From assembly GCA_024643795.1 (NCBI GenBank), contig JAHEMF010000006.1, forward strand, positions 22,112 through 86,111: a stretch of 64,000 nt of DNA, written 5' to 3'. A program made the position numbers and the translations under genes. The stretch is from Bacteroidota bacterium. Its GTDB lineage: Bacteria > Bacteroidota > Bacteroidia > AKYH767-A > OLB10. This document shows, piece by piece, positions 19,420-28,902 of this stretch. The notes beneath the pieces are model-generated. The model was not told where the DNA came from. It worked only from the letters and a program-made list of their open reading frames with translations, and did not search any database. How positions within the stretch are numbered: position 1 is the stretch's first letter; every line of letters starts with the position of its first letter.

Positions 19420-21651
19420 ATGAAAAAGTTAAGTCTATTATTTGTTATAATATTATTTGCCTTCAATTCTGCTAATTCTCAAAAGTTATTAAGTGGAATA
19501 GTATATGACGGTTCGTCCAAAAAAGATCGAGTTACCCTGGTAGGAGCAAATGTTTATTGGCAGGAGAACTTATCCGGCGTGTCAACAAACGAAAAAGGTG
19601 AATTTGAATTGCCTGTTACTGTTGAATTGCCTTCAACACTCATTATAAGTTTTGTTGGCTTTCACAATGATTCAATTCTCATCAACCCCTCGACCAACAG
19701 CTTGAAAATTACTTTAGAACCTTCAGTAAGCATTGAAGAGGTAAAGGTTGAAGCAAAGAGGAACTCAACCGAGATATCAACGCTTAAACCACAAAATGTT
19801 GAGGAGTTGGGAACAGGTGAATTGTTAAAGGCGGCATGCTGTAATTTATCTGAGAGTTTTGAAACCAACCCGTCGGTGAACGTTGCATATACCGATGCCA
19901 TAACCGGAGCAAAAGATATTCAAATGCTGGGTCTGTCAGGTATCTACTCACAGATCATGACCGAGAACATTCCAAATTTAAAGGGGTTGGCGGCGCCTTA
20001 TGGGTTGGCCTATGTTCCAGGACCCTGGATGGAGTCGATTCAAATAACCAAAGGTTCGGGTAGTGTTGCCAATGGGTTTGAATCTACCACCGGTCAGATC
20101 AATATTGAATTCATAAAACCTGAAAAGGCCGATCCGTTTTACCTGAATCTTTATGGATCTGACAGAGGACGTTTTGAGATCAATGCGCATCAGCTCATCC
20201 CTGCAAGTGATAAATTAAAAGGAATGCTATTTGTCCATGGAGAATCAATGCAAAATAAAATGGATAGGCAAAATGACGGATTCCTGGATCAGCCATTGGT
20301 GAATCAGGCTAATGTTTACAACAGGTGGCAGTATCACTCAGGCAAAAACTTTGAAGGACAGTTTGGAATAAAATACCTTACTGAGGAACGAAATGGGGGG
20401 CAGGTAGATTTTAATAAAGGCTCAGACCTGGGCACAAAAAATCATTACGGAGTGGGCGTCAAAACACAAAGGATTGAACTTTATTCTAAAACCGGACTGG
20501 TATTTCCCGAAACTCCCTGGAAAAGTGCAGGGCTCATATTAAATGCATCTTTGCATGACATGAACTCATATTTTGGTTTAAAAACCTATGATGCAGATCA
20601 GAAAAGTATGTATGGTTCATTGATCTATATGACCATTATCGGATCAACTAATCATAAAATTAAATCAGGCATTGATTTCAGGTATGATCATTTTAATGAA
20701 ACCTATAATCTTGCAAACCAGAAAAGAGAACAAATTGTGCCGGGTGGTTACATCGAATATACATTGAGCGATGTAGGTAACCTGGGAGTGGTTGCAGGTA
20801 TTAGGGCGGATCATCTCAACAATTATGGAACCACGGTAAACCCCCGTTTACATATAAAGTATAATCTGAAGCCTGAAATTATATTCCGGGCATCTGCCGG
20901 ACGTAGTTTGAGAACTGCTAATGTTTATGCTGAAAATATTTCAGCCATGGCCACTTCCCGGGAATTTTTCTTCAAGGAATCACTTAACCCTGAAATAGCA
21001 TGGAATTACGGATTGAATGCCACTGCCAGATTTCGGCTCGATTATCGTGAGGGGTCAGTAAGTGTAGATTATTATTCAACACAATTTCAAAACCAGGTGG
21101 TTGTAGATATGTATAGTTCTAAAACGCAAGTTGGAATCTATAACTTGTCAGGTAAATCCTATTCAAATAGTTTTCAGGTTGCATTGAACTACGAATTGTT
21201 GAAGAGACTGGATATAAGACTAGCCTGGAAAATGGATGATGTGGTTACTACTTATGGGCTTGAAACCATCAATAAGCCACTTGTGCCCAAATACCGTGCA
21301 CTATTTAATGTTGCATATGCCACCAAAGGTGAAAATTGGATCTTTGATCTTACGCTGCAGTATGAAGGTGAAAAAAAGTTAGGGTTGGCTGATAGTGAAC
21401 TGATTAGTGATAGTCAGGTTACCAATGGAAGCACGCCGGAATTTTTGATTGTAAATTCGCAGATCACAAGGAAATGGAATCGCTGGCAGTTTTATGCAGG
21501 ATGTGAAAATGTATTTGACTTCGTACAAAAAAATGTGATCATTGGAGCTCAGGATCCGTTTGGCCCGGAGTTTGATGCTACTAATATTTGGGGCCCGGTA
21601 GTGGGTAGGAATATATATTTAGGTTTGAGATATACAATAAATAAAAAATAA
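19420..21651 (+). CDS. TonB-dependent outer-membrane receptor (N-terminal carboxypeptidase-regulatory-like domain, plug, barrel)
   Basis: Has a signal peptide, a CarbopepD_reg-like segment (LSGIVYDGSS…), a TonB-box-like IEEVKVEA, and plug and β-barrel-length sequence. Confidence 0.7.
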   Translation: MKKLSLLFVIILFAFNSANSQKLLSGIVYDGSSKKDRVTLVGANVYWQENLSGVSTNEKGEFELPVTVELPSTLIISFVGFHNDSILINPSTNSLKITLEPSVSIEEVKVEAKRNSTEISTLKPQNVEELGTGELLKAACCNLSESFETNPSVNVAYTDAITGAKDIQMLGLSGIYSQIMTENIPNLKGLAAPYGLAYVPGPWMESIQITKGSGSVANGFESTTGQINIEFIKPEKADPFYLNLYGSDRGRFEINAHQLIPASDKLKGMLFVHGESMQNKMDRQNDGFLDQPLVNQANVYNRWQYHSGKNFEGQFGIKYLTEERNGGQVDFNKGSDLGTKNHYGVGVKTQRIELYSKTGLVFPETPWKSAGLILNASLHDMNSYFGLKTYDADQKSMYGSLIYMTIIGSTNHKIKSGIDFRYDHFNETYNLANQKREQIVPGGYIEYTLSDVGNLGVVAGIRADHLNNYGTTVNPRLHIKYNLKPEIIFRASAGRSLRTANVYAENISAMATSREFFFKESLNPEIAWNYGLNATARFRLDYREGSVSVDYYSTQFQNQVVVDMYSSKTQVGIYNLSGKSYSNSFQVALNYELLKRLDIRLAWKMDDVVTTYGLETINKPLVPKYRALFNVAYATKGENWIFDLTLQYEGEKKLGLADSELISDSQVTNGSTPEFLIVNSQITRKWNRWQFYAGCENVFDFVQKNVIIGAQDPFGPEFDATNIWGPVVGRNIYLGLRYTINKK

Positions 21652-21657
21652 AATAAA

Positions 21658-22008
21658 ATGAAACAGATAATGAATCTTATGCTCGTTGCTTTTATAGCTC
21701 TTTTTTCATTGAAAGCAACTGCACAGTCAACAGAAATAATCATTAAAACCAGTGCTCAGTGTAAAGAGTGCAAGGAAACCCTTGAAGCTAAGGTGATAGA
21801 TTGCAAGGGTGTTAAGTTTGTTGAGCTTGACATGGAATCTAAAAACCTGAAAGTTGTTTACAACTCCAAAAAAACAAATCCTGAGTTGATCAGAAAGTAT
21901 ATTTCTGATATCGGATATAATGCTGATGATGTTGCTGCCAATCCGGAAGCTGTGGAGAAGTTAAGCCCTTGTTGCCGTCCTGATGGTAGCCATTCTCATG
22001 ACGAATGA
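21658..22008 (+). CDS. Periplasmic heavy-metal-associated (HMA) domain protein with an extra CC…HSHDE tail
   Basis: Has a signal peptide, an AQCKEC (xCxxC) motif with a ferredoxin-like fold length, and a C-terminal SPCCRPDGSHSHDE. Confidence 0.7.
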   Translation: MKQIMNLMLVAFIALFSLKATAQSTEIIIKTSAQCKECKETLEAKVIDCKGVKFVELDMESKNLKVVYNSKKTNPELIRKYISDIGYNADDVAANPEAVEKLSPCCRPDGSHSHDE

Positions 22009-23406
22009 TCATTGAGGTGTTTGCTCTGTCAAGTCAACAGAGTCAAGTTCGTTAATCGGAGTTGCAGGTTTTTTATTTGACTTGTTAAATACAAAGTTAA
22101 TCCCGGCTCTGAATCCGGTTACATTGGCATTTCTATAATTTACCAGCCCAATAATGTTATCAGAGGCAAAGTAAAAATGTCCTCCGGGAAATTTCACAGA
22201 TACACCTGCTCCTATATTCCCTTGACTTTTATTGATGCTGCTGTAGCCGATGGAATAATCGAGCCATTTTTTAATTGAGTTGGTGTAATGTAAATTATAA
22301 CTTATCATGCTTCCTGACGGTGTTTCCCGCCAGTGTAAAACAAGGCCTGTTTTGCCCTTTTTACCTGTCAGGTATTCAACGGAAGTATAAATTTGAGTTG
22401 GCAAACTACTTGAGAATGATTCATAACTTTCCTGAACATTAAATCCATCATAGATAGAGTCTAACATATTTTCTAAAAAGGCCTCAGAGCTGTTACCCTG
22501 ATTGATGAACTCATCCAGATTTAGTCCTTGATAAATCACAGGGCCATCAGATGTAACAGTTGTATAATTCAGGTTGTTGCTTTTCCAGTTTATCTTACCC
22601 AGATCCAATACAGATAGTCCTACTGTAAATTTTTTCCCTGCGTTAATATTTATGCCAAGATCTGCTCCCCATCCGGTATTGTTCCTTTTGAATAAATATT
22701 CACCAGCTGTTAATCCATCGAATGAATCGCTTGAAATACCTGACGTGTATAAACTATATTCGGAATAACCATACAAAGTGAAATCATTCGGGTCAGTATA
22801 TAAATTCACACCCATGCCCTCGCTGTGAATATGTTCCATTCCGTACAAATACTTTATTCTCACTCCCATGCTTATGCTGCTCAATATCTGTCGTGACCAT
22901 GTTAAACCATATTCTCTGTAATGTGAGGCGTCAATTCCGGGATTAATGTTTGCTGAGGTTCCTTGATACGATCCATTGCCATAGTAAAGAAATTCCATCA
23001 TATTTTTTGAAAAAGTTATATCACCGGATATCTTTTCAGTAACATTAATGGTAAAGCAATTATTACCTGCATTGAATCCAAGCCATATCAGATCATTCTC
23101 GGCTGTAACACGCACAGAATTTGTTGTATTCAACTTTTCAATAGTGCCTTCAATGTCCCATATCAAACTATCATTTGATCCTTTATGAATCAGATCGGAG
23201 TAGGTGAATCCATTGTTCTGATACCCAAACATTATGGATGAGGTGAGTGGAAATCCTGCAAAGATCTTTGAATCTGTCATGTAAGCAGGATTTATTTTAT
23301 TTGATTGAGGTGTACCCTGTAAAGTCTGCATCATGAACTCCTGAGCAGGTGAAGTATGGAAGAACATTCCTGACAGAGAAATAGTAAGTAGAATAATCTT
23401 TTTCAT
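22009..23406 (-). CDS. Hypothetical outer-membrane β-barrel-like protein (G/N/S/Y-rich, signal peptide)
   Basis: Has a signal peptide and alternating amphipathic strands. It is the last gene of a three-gene co-oriented cluster. Confidence 0.4.
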   Translation of the reverse strand: MKKIILLTISLSGMFFHTSPAQEFMMQTLQGTPQSNKINPAYMTDSKIFAGFPLTSSIMFGYQNNGFTYSDLIHKGSNDSLIWDIEGTIEKLNTTNSVRVTAENDLIWLGFNAGNNCFTINVTEKISGDITFSKNMMEFLYYGNGSYQGTSANINPGIDASHYREYGLTWSRQILSSISMGVRIKYLYGMEHIHSEGMGVNLYTDPNDFTLYGYSEYSLYTSGISSDSFDGLTAGEYLFKRNNTGWGADLGININAGKKFTVGLSVLDLGKINWKSNNLNYTTVTSDGPVIYQGLNLDEFINQGNSSEAFLENMLDSIYDGFNVQESYESFSSSLPTQIYTSVEYLTGKKGKTGLVLHWRETPSGSMISYNLHYTNSIKKWLDYSIGYSSINKSQGNIGAGVSVKFPGGHFYFASDNIIGLVNYRNANVTGFRAGINFVFNKSNKKPATPINELDSVDLTEQTPQ

Positions 23407-23417
23407 TTCAAATGGAG

Positions 23418-25049
23418 CTATTGGACCTTGATCTTTGCCTTCGCGCCGATCTTTACTTTCAATTTATAATCGGCAAAAAGTTTGATGTTTGTATTGCCAT
23501 CATTTGTGCTGGTTGCAATTCCTGTAATAATTATGTGTTTTGCTAACATCAGATCATTCAGCATTTGTTTTGTAAGGATGTTAGCTGCACTCCTTTTCCC
23601 GGGAATAGTTACTCTTTCTGTAACCGGATCAACTGTGCCGCCGGGAACCTGGATCTCGTTAGAGCTGAAAAGAGTATCTATCGGAGAGTAGTTCTCGTCA
23701 GTAAATACTACTTCAATATTTGAAGACAGAGGGAAGCCGTTGGTTACATCAGTCCTCAGCTCCAGATATTCTACATTTTTCAGGTCATCATAACTGAAGG
23801 GTAATGTGTCACGGATCTTGAAATTTTGAATAGTTCCATAAAGAGGCATCTCTACTGCAACATCAATACTTAGATTTCCTGTACGGGTTAAAAAGTTTTG
23901 AGCTGTTCCATTTGGATTTGTAACTACCCTGCTTTGTGTAAATAAATATCGTGGCTGTTGATTAATTATGCTGCTGACATTACTGTTCTGGTTGCTTAAA
24001 ACGAATCCGGTCAGCTTTGCTTGTCCCAACTCCGGCAATGATGGTGATTGAGTAGGGATAGGGTTAGGAATTCCTGAAACCGGATTAGGATTTGAATTAC
24101 CCAATGCAACCAATTCGGGAAGTGTAATTTCAAGTGGAAGCCCCAGTGAATTATTCAGTTTGAACTCCACTTTTGGGTCTACAATTGTAAATGCACCCAG
24201 GCTTAAAGAGTTGTTAAAAATTGATATTGATAGGGTGTCACGTGGATTGATGAAAGAATTTTGCCCAAAATACCCATACAGAGTTTCATATTCCAGTTTT
24301 TTGATGTCATGGATCATGGTGATCGTTTGACCTGGTGCTATAGTACCGTTTAAATTATTGATGGTAATATTAAAATCAACCAACAATTTATTACCTCCTG
24401 GACCTGCCTTTGTAAAATCAAAATCATATCCGGAAATGGATGTGATTGTGAGTGAAGAATTGTCAGGTTGTATTATTTCATTCGTACCATTTAGTTTTGT
24501 GTTGTTAAGGTGCACATCAGGAAATTCAAATTGCAAATGAATGTCAGCCGGCAGGTTGGTCTGAAGGGACACATCTAATTCACCATTCCAAAACGTTGAA
24601 GAGTCAATTCTGGTACCGGGTGCAAGGTTTAACTCTAAAAGCATTGAACCAGGTATTGTAATTGACCCTAAAGTATTTAATGCAAGAATTTGGCTAGAAG
24701 TGAGTGAAATTGACTCAATAATTCGTTGATCAGGTATTTCGGTCACCATACTTGCGTTCAAACTTGTTGCAGTCCCCCTGTAAACCAAAGTGCAGAACTG
24801 ATTAGGGTCTGTAACCAATACGGTGCCTGAGCCATCAACATGCATGAGGTCTGTTATCTCTAATTCGCTGTATGCCAGTGGAAATGCCAGCTCCGGGGAC
24901 CATTCGGGCTTCCCGAGTGTTGAGAAATCATCTTTTTGGCACGATTGAAACAATATTACCGCCATGAACAGGGGAAAGAGTGTTTTCCATAGGATTCTTG
25001 ATGCTTGATGTATCATTTTCCGGATTATTGGGTTCCGGATATTGTACAA
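23418..25049 (-). CDS. Hypothetical lipoprotein (543 aa)
   Basis: Has a signal peptide with an LFQSC lipobox. No recognisable catalytic motif. Confidence 0.4.
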   Translation of the reverse strand: MYNIRNPIIRKMIHQASRILWKTLFPLFMAVILFQSCQKDDFSTLGKPEWSPELAFPLAYSELEITDLMHVDGSGTVLVTDPNQFCTLVYRGTATSLNASMVTEIPDQRIIESISLTSSQILALNTLGSITIPGSMLLELNLAPGTRIDSSTFWNGELDVSLQTNLPADIHLQFEFPDVHLNNTKLNGTNEIIQPDNSSLTITSISGYDFDFTKAGPGGNKLLVDFNITINNLNGTIAPGQTITMIHDIKKLEYETLYGYFGQNSFINPRDTLSISIFNNSLSLGAFTIVDPKVEFKLNNSLGLPLEITLPELVALGNSNPNPVSGIPNPIPTQSPSLPELGQAKLTGFVLSNQNSNVSSIINQQPRYLFTQSRVVTNPNGTAQNFLTRTGNLSIDVAVEMPLYGTIQNFKIRDTLPFSYDDLKNVEYLELRTDVTNGFPLSSNIEVVFTDENYSPIDTLFSSNEIQVPGGTVDPVTERVTIPGKRSAANILTKQMLNDLMLAKHIIITGIATSTNDGNTNIKLFADYKLKVKIGAKAKIKVQ

Positions 25050-25122
25050 GCTAAAGTGAATGAAAGTTGAACCCTACTGATTCAAAAGTTCAGTTTGTAA
25101 GATTTTATTATAAATGTGATGA

Positions 25123-25716
25123 TTATTGATAGGATACTTTCTCAAAGGTGCCGTTGCTTACAACAATTGAGTCACCTGATCCGGATGTGCTAAAAGCTTT
25201 AAAATTAAATGATCCTTCAACAATGTTCCGAAATTTATCCCACTTGCTAAACGAAATGTTGCCATCATTTGAAATGTATGTTTCGTTTGTACCAAGTACA
25301 GTGTATATAGCTGATCCGATGTTATAGCTGCCTACCTGCTGTGAGCCATCATGAATTATTGAAATGTCTGACCCTCCTGATGAACCGGAAATAAGTAACT
25401 GTTGACTGGTAGTGTTAAGGATGGATGTAACAGTACCTGACGAACTCCAGTTTGTGCTACTTACTAAAGCAGTCATTTTGCTAACACAAGGTGGGCATGG
25501 TCCTCCACAATCAACCAATAGTTCACCTTGATTTAAAATTCCATCGTTACAACTTTCTTCTTCAATAATAGGAACAGGGTCATTACTGTTGCAGGAAGTA
25601 ATCACAACAGTAAAAATCAAAAGAAAAAGGATATTAATAAACCCAAAACCAATAGTCCGTTGATGGGAATTCATATTTTTGTTATCTGCAATAAAATTAA
25701 GGAATATTTTAAACAT
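25123..25716 (-). CDS. Hypothetical lipoprotein with a CNDG…DCGGPCPPC Cys-rich module. The start is probably the internal Met (MNSHQ…).
   Basis: Has a signal peptide with a VITSC lipobox and a four-Cys cluster. Confidence 0.4.
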   Translation of the reverse strand: MFKIFLNFIADNKNMNSHQRTIGFGFINILFLLIFTVVITSCNSNDPVPIIEEESCNDGILNQGELLVDCGGPCPPCVSKMTALVSSTNWSSSGTVTSILNTTSQQLLISGSSGGSDISIIHDGSQQVGSYNIGSAIYTVLGTNETYISNDGNISFSKWDKFRNIVEGSFNFKAFSTSGSGDSIVVSNGTFEKVSYQ

Positions 25717-25723
25717 ATGAGAA

Positions 25724-27628
25724 ATGAATAAATTCAGGATAGGATCAATGGAGGATTATGAAAAAGCCTACAAATCGAGTATAGATGATCCTGAAGGCTT
25801 CTGGTCCGCAATCGCAAAGAATTTTCTTTGGGATAAGGAGTGGGATAAAGTATTGGAATGGGACTTTGACAAGTTCGATGTAAAGTGGTTTAAAGGAGGG
25901 AAGCTCAATATCACTGCTAATTGTCTCGACAGAAACCTGAAAGACAGGGCTGAGCAAATTGCAATTCAGTGGGAGCCGAACGATCCTGTTCAGGTTGGTA
26001 GAACTTTGACTTATCGGCAACTATTCATTGAGGTTTGTAAGTTTTCAAATGTGCTTAAATCATTAGGCGTAACGAAAGGTGATAGGATCTGTATATACAT
26101 GCCTATGGTTCCTGAGCTTGCAATTTCTTTGCTGGCATGCGCTCGAATCGGAGCAATTCATTCTGTGGTATTTGCAGGTTTTTCTTCCAATTCATTAAGA
26201 GATCGTATCAATGATTCTGAATGTAGTGTTCTTCTAACATCAGATGGTTCGTTTCGCGGAGATAAAAAGATCGACTTAAAATCCATTGCTGATGAAGCCT
26301 TGGAAGAATGCCCAACCATAAGAAACACGGTTGTATTTAAACGCACCGGAGACCATGTTACCATGCAATCAGGAAGAGATCATTGGTGGCACGAACTTAT
26401 GCAAGCTGCTGATAGCAAATGTGATTATGAAATTATGGATGCTGAGGATATGTTGTTCATACTCTACACCTCTGGCAGCACCGGAAAACCAAAAGGGGTA
26501 GTACATACCACCGGAGGTTATATGGTATTTTCATGGTATACCTTTCTCAATGTGTTTCAATATAATGAGAGGGAAATGTACTGGTGTACAGCGGATATCG
26601 GATGGATCACCGGCCACTCATATATTGTTTACGGACCGTTGCTTGCAGGTGCAACAACTTTAATGTTTGAAGGTGTGCCAACCTGGCCAACTCCTGAAAG
26701 GTTCTGGCAGGTGGTTGAGAAGTATAAAGTAAACATATTTTATACGGCTCCAACAGCAATAAGAGCGCTGGAAGCATATGGTGTTGATCATGTAAAAAAA
26801 TATAAAATGGATAGCCTCAGGGTACTGGGCACCGTTGGTGAACCCATAAATAAAGAAGCATGGGACTGGTATAATGTTCACGTGGGTAAGGAACGTTGCC
26901 CGATAGTTGATACTTGGTGGCAGACAGAAACAGGTGGGATCATGATATCTCCATTAGCAGGTATAACACCGCTTAAACCAGGGTACGCTACCTTACCTTT
27001 GCCAGGTATCAGGCCCGTCCTAGTTGACAATGACGGTAAGTTACTGGAAGGTAATAACGTTGATGGCATTCTTTGTTTTGATTTTCCATGGCCTGGTATA
27101 CTGAGGACTACTTTTGGTGATCATGAACGATGCAGGAATACCTACTTTTCAACGTATAAGAATTTATATTTTACAGGAGATGGTTGTAAACGGGATGAGG
27201 ATGGGTTTTACAGAATCAGCGGCAGAGTAGATGATGTTATAAATGTGTCAGGCCACAGGTTGGGTACCGCAGAGATTGAAAACGCTATAAATGAGCATCC
27301 GATGGTGGTAGAGTCTGCAGTTGTTGGTTACCAGCACCCAATAAAAGGACAGGGAATATATGCATATGTTATATGTGATAGTAAACATGGTAATGATGAA
27401 AGCCTGATCAGTGAAATCAAGGCGGTTGTGAATCGGATAATCGGACCTATCGCCAAACCAGATATTATACAGATCGTTCCCGGGCTTCCTAAAACACGTT
27501 CAGGGAAAATAATGAGAAGGATCTTGAGAAAAATTGCAGGGAATGAAACAGATAATCTGGGTGATACATCTACTTTGCTCGACCCATCTATTGTTGAAAC
27601 CATAAAAGCGGGTGCTATCAATAAATAA
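25724..27628 (+). CDS. acs: Acetyl-CoA synthetase (acetate--CoA ligase)
   Basis: Has a full-length ANL-superfamily pattern: YTSGSTGKPKG, the Acs-specific N-terminal DPEGFW, and a C-terminal PKTRSGKIMRR. Confidence 0.9.
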   Translation: MNKFRIGSMEDYEKAYKSSIDDPEGFWSAIAKNFLWDKEWDKVLEWDFDKFDVKWFKGGKLNITANCLDRNLKDRAEQIAIQWEPNDPVQVGRTLTYRQLFIEVCKFSNVLKSLGVTKGDRICIYMPMVPELAISLLACARIGAIHSVVFAGFSSNSLRDRINDSECSVLLTSDGSFRGDKKIDLKSIADEALEECPTIRNTVVFKRTGDHVTMQSGRDHWWHELMQAADSKCDYEIMDAEDMLFILYTSGSTGKPKGVVHTTGGYMVFSWYTFLNVFQYNEREMYWCTADIGWITGHSYIVYGPLLAGATTLMFEGVPTWPTPERFWQVVEKYKVNIFYTAPTAIRALEAYGVDHVKKYKMDSLRVLGTVGEPINKEAWDWYNVHVGKERCPIVDTWWQTETGGIMISPLAGITPLKPGYATLPLPGIRPVLVDNDGKLLEGNNVDGILCFDFPWPGILRTTFGDHERCRNTYFSTYKNLYFTGDGCKRDEDGFYRISGRVDDVINVSGHRLGTAEIENAINEHPMVVESAVVGYQHPIKGQGIYAYVICDSKHGNDESLISEIKAVVNRIIGPIAKPDIIQIVPGLPKTRSGKIMRRILRKIAGNETDNLGDTSTLLDPSIVETIKAGAINK

Positions 27629-27648
27629 CATACTTCAGAAGAATAATT

Positions 27649-28902
27649 ATGAGTGAGAGATCCTTTGTTTATGAATTGGATAATGGGATGCGGTTGGTAT
27701 ACGCTTACGCGGATAGTCCTGTGTCACATTGTGGTTTGTTGATAGATGCCGGTACAAGAGATGAGCCCCAGGGTAAAGAAGGTATAGCGCACTTTTTGGA
27801 GCATGTTTTTTTTAAAGGAACCGGCAAAAGAAAAGCATACCAGATACTTAATAGAATGGAAACGGTAGGAGGTGAGATCAACGCTTTCACAACTCGGGAA
27901 GAAACATGTATCCACGCCTCATTCATGAATGGATTTTTTGATCGCGCCACTGAGCTGATAAGTGATATAGTTTTTAATTCAACCTTTCCTGAAAAAGAAA
28001 TTGAAAAGGAAAAGGATGTTGTGATTGATGAAATAAACTCCTATTTGGATAATCCGATGGAACAAATATTGGACGATTTTGAAAGTCAGGTATTCAGAGG
28101 AAACCCATTAGGAAACCCAATATTGGGTACCCATCAAACTGTTCGCTCTTTTAGAAGATCTGACCTAGTGAGATTCATCAGAGATAATTATTATTTAGAT
28201 CGTATGGTTTTTTCCTACTGCGGTGCATTGCCTTTTGAGGAAGTAAAAAAAATATTCATCAAATATTTTTCTGAAAAAAATGACCGTAAAGGCAACAATA
28301 TGACCAGACTCAAATTCAAGTCAAGACGTGCAGAAGTGATAAAGCTGAATAAACCATCAGTTCAGGCGCATTATATCTTAGGAGGTACTGCATTTTCTGC
28401 TAAAAGTAATAGACGCATTTCCATGTACCTTCTTAACAATATCCTTGGAGGCCCTGGCCTGAATTCCAGATTAAATATGAATGTGCGCGAAAAACATGGA
28501 TATACTTATAACATCGAATCGTCATATACTCCATTTTCAGACACAGGCTTATTTTACATTTACCTTTCCACCGAACCTAAATTTCTTTCAAAATCAATTA
28601 GTCTGGTGATTCAGGAACTTAAGAAATTAAGGTCTGTTAAAATTTCTGACAGACAAGTTATGCAATACCAAAATCAATTGATAGGCCAAATATCAATTGG
28701 TATGGAAAACAAGTCTAATGTCATGATCAACAATGCAAGGAGTGTTATTTCTTATAACAAACCGGTGCATTTTGATGAAACAGTTAAAAAGATAAAGGAA
28801 GTAAGTAGCTCAGATCTGTTGGAAGTAGCAAACAGGTTGTTGCTTGAAGACAAGCTCGGAAGTTTAACGTTTATGCCGTTAGAAGCGGTATCCTATAGTT
28901 AG
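27649..28902 (+). CDS. M16-family (pitrilysin-like) zinc peptidase
   Basis: Has the HFLEH inverted zincin motif plus a downstream E. Confidence 0.85.
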   Translation: MSERSFVYELDNGMRLVYAYADSPVSHCGLLIDAGTRDEPQGKEGIAHFLEHVFFKGTGKRKAYQILNRMETVGGEINAFTTREETCIHASFMNGFFDRATELISDIVFNSTFPEKEIEKEKDVVIDEINSYLDNPMEQILDDFESQVFRGNPLGNPILGTHQTVRSFRRSDLVRFIRDNYYLDRMVFSYCGALPFEEVKKIFIKYFSEKNDRKGNNMTRLKFKSRRAEVIKLNKPSVQAHYILGGTAFSAKSNRRISMYLLNNILGGPGLNSRLNMNVREKHGYTYNIESSYTPFSDTGLFYIYLSTEPKFLSKSISLVIQELKKLRSVKISDRQVMQYQNQLIGQISIGMENKSNVMINNARSVISYNKPVHFDETVKKIKEVSSSDLLEVANRLLLEDKLGSLTFMPLEAVSYS

